Part shown: one piece after another, positions 58,911-64,000 of the stretch
Layout of the letters: the number at the start of each line of letters is the position of its first letter
Numbering within the stretch: the first letter of the stretch is position 1
Source of the DNA: Geopsychrobacteraceae bacterium
GTDB lineage: Bacteria; Desulfobacterota; Desulfuromonadia; Desulfuromonadales; Geopsychrobacteraceae
Direction of reading: 5' to 3'
Length of the DNA stretch: 64,000 nucleotides
Assembly: GCA_963676795.2 (NCBI GenBank)
Contig: CAXXTB010000001.1
Coordinates: 160,001-224,000, forward strand
Made by a program: the position numbers and the translations under genes
The notes under the pieces: generated by a model
The model's database searches: none
Told to the model about the DNA's origin: nothing
The model's input: the letters and a program-made list of their open reading frames with translations, nothing else

Positions 58911-60305
58911 TTAGAACACGAACCCTGACAATTTGTCCTTCTGGTGTGGCAGTTCCAGCTCGTCCAGAATCCGGCCGCTGGTCGCCTTGAGGCTTTCCAG
59001 CTGCTGCAGGTAGGTGATCCGGCTCGCCGCTACCGCCGCGGAAACCCTGACCAGGTCGGTCTGGGCCTCGTTCAGCCGGGTCAGGGTCGCCGAACCGGCG
59101 GCATAGGCCTTTTCGATATGATCACGAATCTTCTGCACCAGACTTAAGGTGTAGCGCTGACGCTCATAGATCGCACGGGCCGCCCCGGCCTTGACCAGCC
59201 CCTGGCGCAAACCGGCCTGTATCTCCAGGACTTTCTGCTGCTGCTGATGATTCAATTGTAACAGATCGGCTTGCGTTTCCCGGAGTTTGGCCCCCCGTCG
59301 CCCGCCACTGAACAGTTCCCAGTTGAGATTCAGCCCGACATAGCTGATCCGTTCATGCTGATCGACACTGGCCGTGTCAGTCAGTTCCTCGAACTGATAA
59401 CCACCGGCCAGGGACAGCTTCGGGTAAAAACTGCCGCGGGCAGCGGTCTGCTGCTGGTGCAGCGCGTCCCGGCTTGCTACTAGGGCTCGCAGGTCGGGGC
59501 GCTGCTGCAGGGCATAGTCCAACTCATCCTCATAGTCGGGCAATTCATCCAGTTCACCGAGAGAGTCACTGCTGCACGGATAGAGATCCCGGCTCAGCCG
59601 GGCATCCGGCAGCGCCATAAGTTCGGCCAGCACACTGCAAACCAGCTCGAAATTCTGCTTGGCTTCGAGAAAATCGTTTTCCGCCTGCAGGGCGCGAACG
59701 GTGAAATTCAGCATTTCCGCCTCCGGAATCACCCCTGCCCGCCAGCGTTTTTGCGCATCGCTTTCCAGTTTGCGGTTGAAAATCTGGTTCTGCCGGGCGA
59801 TCTGCATCCCTTCGGCGGCCAGCTGGGCCTGGTAATAAGCACCGGCAACCGCCTCGGCGAGCAGGCGCCTCGCTTCATTGGTCGCTTCGACAGTGGCCAT
59901 GGTCTGGGCTTGGGCTGCGAGAATAGAGGCACGCCGGCTGAAGCCGTCAAACAGCAACCAGTTGACCTGCACCCCGGCCGTAAAATTTTTGACCGCATCA
60001 TTATAACGATACTCAGGCGCCCAGTCGGGCTGAATCGACAGATCCTGCCACTGGCGGCTGAGGCTGATGCCCGCCTGCGGAAGCATGGTCGAACGGACCT
60101 GATCGACAACGGCTTTGGCTATCTCCACCCTGGCGACAGCCTCGGCGACACCGGGTGAAGACTCGATCGCTTGCTGTTGAGCCTGACGCAGGCTCAATCT
60201 GCCATAGGGGATCTCCATCTCCAGTTGTGGCGGGGCCAGATCTGCCGCCCCTGCTGAGCTGGCCAGCAGCAGACCGATCAAAAGGAGTTGCAGGTATCTA
60301 TACAT
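58911..60305 (-). CDS. TolC family outer-membrane efflux protein
   Basis: Signal peptide, two OEP repeats (WLLFDG; RPDL..YPKLSL..WELFSG); downstream of RND permease. Confidence 0.9.
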   Translation of the reverse strand: MYRYLQLLLIGLLLASSAGAADLAPPQLEMEIPYGRLSLRQAQQQAIESSPGVAEAVARVEIAKAVVDQVRSTMLPQAGISLSRQWQDLSIQPDWAPEYRYNDAVKNFTAGVQVNWLLFDGFSRRASILAAQAQTMATVEATNEARRLLAEAVAGAYYQAQLAAEGMQIARQNQIFNRKLESDAQKRWRAGVIPEAEMLNFTVRALQAENDFLEAKQNFELVCSVLAELMALPDARLSRDLYPCSSDSLGELDELPDYEDELDYALQQRPDLRALVASRDALHQQQTAARGSFYPKLSLAGGYQFEELTDTASVDQHERISYVGLNLNWELFSGGRRGAKLRETQADLLQLNHQQQQKVLEIQAGLRQGLVKAGAARAIYERQRYTLSLVQKIRDHIEKAYAAGSATLTRLNEAQTDLVRVSAAVAASRITYLQQLESLKATSGRILDELELPHQKDKLSGFVF

Positions 60306-63300
60306 AGCTCTTCTCCGCAGTGATTTTATAGACCTTGCTGTACATGACCGGCACGACGATCAGGGTCAGAAAGGTTGCGGCAAACAGGCCACTCATGATC
60401 GTTGCCGCCATGGCCGAATAGAAAGGATCGAAGACCAGCGGCAACATACCGAGAATGGTCGTTCCGGCTGCCATGACAACCGGCCTGATGCGGCTCACCG
60501 AGGCATCGAGCACCGCCTGGTAGGGGTGAACGCCGTTCCCCAGTTCCAGTTCGATCTGGTCGATCAGGACAATGGCGTTCTTGATCAGCATCCCCGACAG
60601 ACCGAGGAAACCGAGAATCGCCATAAAACCGAAGGGCAACCCGGTCAAAAGCAGACCGGCGGCAACACCGATCAGCGACAGCGGCACGGTCAGCATGATG
60701 ATCACCGGACGCCGGAAGGAATTGAACAACCAGAGCAGCACGACGAACATGCCGAGGATACAAAGCGGGAAGATCCGGGCCAGCGGTTCCTGGCTTTCGC
60801 GTGAATCCTCGTACTCGCCACCCCATTCGAGCGAATAGCCGTCCGGCAGATCGATCGCTTCGATAGCACCACGGATCTGTCGCAGGTAGGCATCGGCCAG
60901 GCCGCTTTGCGGATTGCACTGCACCGTCACCGTCGGCTCCCGGTCACGCCGCTTGATCAAAGCATCTTCCTGCGCCTCCTGAATACCGGCCGTGACCTGA
61001 CTTAAGGGGATAAAGGTCCTGTGCAACGAACTCCAGACCTGAATATCTGCAAAGCCGTCCTCCGTGTCCCCCGTCTGCCTGACAGAACGGAAGAGCACAG
61101 GGATCAGCTTGTTCTTTTCACGATACAGGCCACCGGCGACACCGTTGAAATGCCACTGCAGGGCAGTTGTCAGATCGCTGCGGCTGACCCCGGCAAAGCG
61201 CGCCTGAACCTCGGAAAACTGTGGTCGCAGAACCTTGACCGGAGTTCGCCAGTCGGACCTCAGATCCCGTGCACCGCCGTTTTCGGCAATGATCTGCTGC
61301 ACCTGAGCGGCCAGTTTTTTCAGCACTGCGCCATCCGGCCCCCGGAAACGGGCTTCTATCTTGAAGCTGGTGTTCGGGCCGTTCTGAATCTTCTTGCCCA
61401 TCGCGGCGGACTGCGGCAGCTGCTCTTTGATGAACTTTTCAATCTCGGCAATCCGGGCATCGATCCCGTGATAATCCTCGACCTCGACGAGCAGCTGAGC
61501 ATAACTGCTGTTCTGGATCTGATAGTCGTAGGCGAGCATAAAGCGCAGGCCCCCCTCGCCGATGAAGCTGGTCGTCGCCTTAACCCCTTTCAGGGAACGG
61601 ACATAGCCATCGAGGCGGGCCATATCCCGGGCGGTCTTTTCAATGTGGGTTCCCTGCGAATTCCACAGATCGACAAAGAAATAACGCTGGGTGGAATCGG
61701 GAAAAAAGGCCTTGGGTACATGATTGAAGCCGACCACCGCCAGGCCCAGGAGAACCAGGGTGACGAGCAGAACAGTCCAGCGATGACTGAGGGCCAGATG
61801 GAGAAAGCGGCGATAAGCGCGGTAAAAACGGCCATGGTGCGGATCAGCGGCGTCCTGACCTGGCTTGATGCGCAGAAACCAGACACATAACAACGGTGTT
61901 ACCGTAATGGCAAGAATCCAGCTGAAAAACAGCGACATGGCCAGCACGTCGAACAGCGAGCGGCAGAATTCGCCGACATTGCCGGGAGAAAAACCGATGG
62001 CGGCAAAAGCGAAGATAGCCACCAGCGTCGCCCCGAACAGGGGCCAGATGGTTGTCCGCACCGTGTGTTGCGTCGCGGCTTCGACCGTTTCACCGCGTTC
62101 CATCCGCACCAGGGTCCCGTCGACTACGACAATGGCATTATCGACCAGCATCCCCAGCGCCAGAATCAGGGCTCCCAGAGAAACCTTCTGCAGGTCGATA
62201 TCCATGACATACATCCCGGCGAAGGTCATCAGAATGGTCAGCAACAGCACCGCACCGATAAGCAGACCGCTGCGCCAGCCCATGAACAACAGGAGCAGAA
62301 CGATGACAATGGCGACCGCTTCAAGCAGGTTGACGACAAAGGTATGGGAAGCCTCGGTCACCTCACGGGCCTGGAAATAGATCGGATGCAGTTCCAGCCC
62401 CTGCGGCCTGCTCTGCTCAAGCGCGACCAGCTTAGCCCTGACCGCATCACCCATCAGGATGACGTTGCCGCCGGCAATGGTCGACACCCCGAGGCCGATG
62501 GCCGGCTGTCCCTGATAGCGCAGCATATTGCCCGGCGGATCGAGATAATTCCTCTCAATCACGGCGATGTCACTGAGACGGACCATCCCCTGTGCTGTCC
62601 CGACCAGCAGATCGGCAATCTGTTTTTCACTGGCAAATTCGCCACTGGGATCGATACGGATATAGTCGTCGCCGACATGGACCTTGCCGCTTGACCGGAC
62701 GAGATTCTGGGCCTGAACCGTCTGGGCGATCAGCTGCGGAGAAAGGCCAAGCTGGCTTAAGCGGGCCTGCCGAAATTCGACATAGATCGCTTCGCGCTGT
62801 GCACCCCAGATATCGATCTTCGCCACATCCCGGCATTTGAGCAGTTCATTTTTGAGCTGATCGGCATAATCCTTGAGTTCGGCGTTGCTGTAGTTTGCGC
62901 CCGTCAGTGCGTAGAAAACACCGTAGACATCACCGAAATCGTCGTTGACCATTGATGGGCCAGCTCCCGGGGGCAACTTAAGTTGGGCATCGCCGACCTT
63001 GCGGCGCAGTTCGTCCCAGATCTGCGGTAGCTGATCCGATTTGTAGGTATCCTTGATATCGACATAGATCAGCGACACCCCCTCCTGCGAGGTTGAATAG
63101 ACCTGCTTGACCTGACCCAGCGCCTGAATCACCTCTTCCAGCGGGTCGGTCACCTCCTCGGCCACTGTCGCCGGTCCGGCACCGGGGTAGGGAGTGACGA
63201 TCAGAGCAGTCTTGATGGTAAAGGTCGGATCTTCCAGCCGTCCCAGACTTTTATAAGCCAAAAGACCGGCGGCGATGATGAGGATTGTCATCACCAACAT

Positions 63301-63342
63301 GAAGGTGCGGTTTTTCAATGCAAATATCTGATTATTGGACAT
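60298..63342 (-). CDS. RND efflux permease (AcrB/AcrD/AcrF family)
   Basis: EDPTF, YPGA, GMLVDNAIVV, GMLIKNAIVL, SRIRPV; start may be TTG 63369. Confidence 0.93.
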   Translation of the reverse strand: MSNNQIFALKNRTFMLVMTILIIAAGLLAYKSLGRLEDPTFTIKTALIVTPYPGAGPATVAEEVTDPLEEVIQALGQVKQVYSTSQEGVSLIYVDIKDTYKSDQLPQIWDELRRKVGDAQLKLPPGAGPSMVNDDFGDVYGVFYALTGANYSNAELKDYADQLKNELLKCRDVAKIDIWGAQREAIYVEFRQARLSQLGLSPQLIAQTVQAQNLVRSSGKVHVGDDYIRIDPSGEFASEKQIADLLVGTAQGMVRLSDIAVIERNYLDPPGNMLRYQGQPAIGLGVSTIAGGNVILMGDAVRAKLVALEQSRPQGLELHPIYFQAREVTEASHTFVVNLLEAVAIVIVLLLLFMGWRSGLLIGAVLLLTILMTFAGMYVMDIDLQKVSLGALILALGMLVDNAIVVVDGTLVRMERGETVEAATQHTVRTTIWPLFGATLVAIFAFAAIGFSPGNVGEFCRSLFDVLAMSLFFSWILAITVTPLLCVWFLRIKPGQDAADPHHGRFYRAYRRFLHLALSHRWTVLLVTLVLLGLAVVGFNHVPKAFFPDSTQRYFFVDLWNSQGTHIEKTARDMARLDGYVRSLKGVKATTSFIGEGGLRFMLAYDYQIQNSSYAQLLVEVEDYHGIDARIAEIEKFIKEQLPQSAAMGKKIQNGPNTSFKIEARFRGPDGAVLKKLAAQVQQIIAENGGARDLRSDWRTPVKVLRPQFSEVQARFAGVSRSDLTTALQWHFNGVAGGLYREKNKLIPVLFRSVRQTGDTEDGFADIQVWSSLHRTFIPLSQVTAGIQEAQEDALIKRRDREPTVTVQCNPQSGLADAYLRQIRGAIEAIDLPDGYSLEWGGEYEDSRESQEPLARIFPLCILGMFVVLLWLFNSFRRPVIIMLTVPLSLIGVAAGLLLTGLPFGFMAILGFLGLSGMLIKNAIVLIDQIELELGNGVHPYQAVLDASVSRIRPVVMAAGTTILGMLPLVFDPFYSAMAATIMSGLFAATFLTLIVVPVMYSKVYKITAEKSYV

Positions 63343-63372
63343 GGTCTTCGTCTTATCTGAAAAAGGCAATTA

Positions 63373-64000
63373 CTACAGCTGCACCTCGGCCGTCATGCCC
63401 GGCAGGACAAGAATTTCACCAGGCGCCTTGAAACCGAAGCGCAATAAATAACTACGCGTCACCGGATCGGCTGCAGACTGCCACTCCACGAGTTTGGCAG
63501 CGATAGTCTGTCCCGGCTGACTGACCAGACGCACCTGTGCAGCCGTACCGCGCTGCAGTTGATAGCGGATGATCTCGTTCTCCGGAACCCGAATCTCCAC
63601 CTCCAGGCTGGAGATATCCTGCATCTCCATAACCACCCGCCCGGCGGCGATCATTTCAAAGTTCTCGACCTGCTGCTCGGTGACAACCCCGTCGAATGGA
63701 GCAAGTAACGAACAGTCCTGCAGATGATGACGGGCTATGCGCAGTTGCGCTTCAAGGCTCTTGACCCCGGCCGAGCTGGAAGAGAAAATACTCTGGGCCA
63801 GGTCGTAATCGGCACTGGCACTGACCTGTTGCTCGAACAGCGTCTGAGCCCGTTCGAAGTCCTTCTGCGCTTTCAGCTTCTGGGCTTTCGCTCCGGCCAG
63901 CTGGGCCTCCAGCACGTCAATCTGGTCAGCAAAATCGCGATTGTCGATCTGCATCAGCAGCTCCGCTTTGGTGACTTTATCACCCGGTTTTTTAGCAATC
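63373..64000 (-). CDS. RND efflux membrane fusion protein (start lies beyond the window)
   Basis: Coiled-coil hairpin, L.APFDGVV, ADPVTRSY, LPGMTAEV. Confidence 0.9.
   Translation of the reverse strand, partial: IAKKPGDKVTKAELLMQIDNRDFADQIDVLEAQLAGAKAQKLKAQKDFERAQTLFEQQVSASADYDLAQSIFSSSSAGVKSLEAQLRIARHHLQDCSLLAPFDGVVTEQQVENFEMIAAGRVVMEMQDISSLEVEIRVPENEIIRYQLQRGTAAQVRLVSQPGQTIAAKLVEWQSAADPVTRSYLLRFGFKAPGEILVLPGMTAEVQL

Noticed and set aside
1..64000. tRNA, rRNA or IS transposase genes
   Set aside because: None recognised by eye in intergenic regions or the ORF track; tRNAscan-SE and ISfinder searches would be needed to exclude them formally

Overview
GC-rich bacterial chromosomal window; the gene and intergenic-repeat style suggests an anaerobic deltaproteobacterium such as Desulfuromonadales (inference, not verified). 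It holds about 48 CDSs and no recognisable rRNA, tRNA, CRISPR array, integrase or transposase. In order: 5'-truncated comM/yifB; a PAS-SpoIIE phosphatase; a five-gene transglutaminase / circularly permuted ATP-grasp / alpha-E operon; pyk; ilvB behind an Ile/Leu/Val leader-peptide attenuator; ppc; a GcvR-like ACT protein; DUF3360; modABC and modE; DUF554; a MarR-DoxX-pirin-nitroreductase module; rubredoxin; a SnoaL-like protein; a PduO-type adenosyltransferase; an orphan Pycsar-effector-like (DUF5706) gene coupled to rsmE; DUF2227; rsgA; a diguanylate cyclase; hybrid histidine kinases; Usp; an Lpd-like flavoprotein; an HTH-PBP regulator divergent from an AbrB membrane protein plus atypical GAPDH; hflKC; DUF2917/MocR/EamA; tctCBA; thpR; and an RND efflux operon cut by the window edge. 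The most striking unannotated signal is a pair of about 180-bp non-coding loci (27477-27657 and 31740-31917). They share the same DnaA-box / IHF-like-site geometry, resembling datA, although their spacer sequences have diverged. Other highlights are the AbrB-GAPDH cassette, the cyclase-less PycTM-like gene, the ATP-grasp/transglutaminase system, and a six-copy REP-like palindrome.
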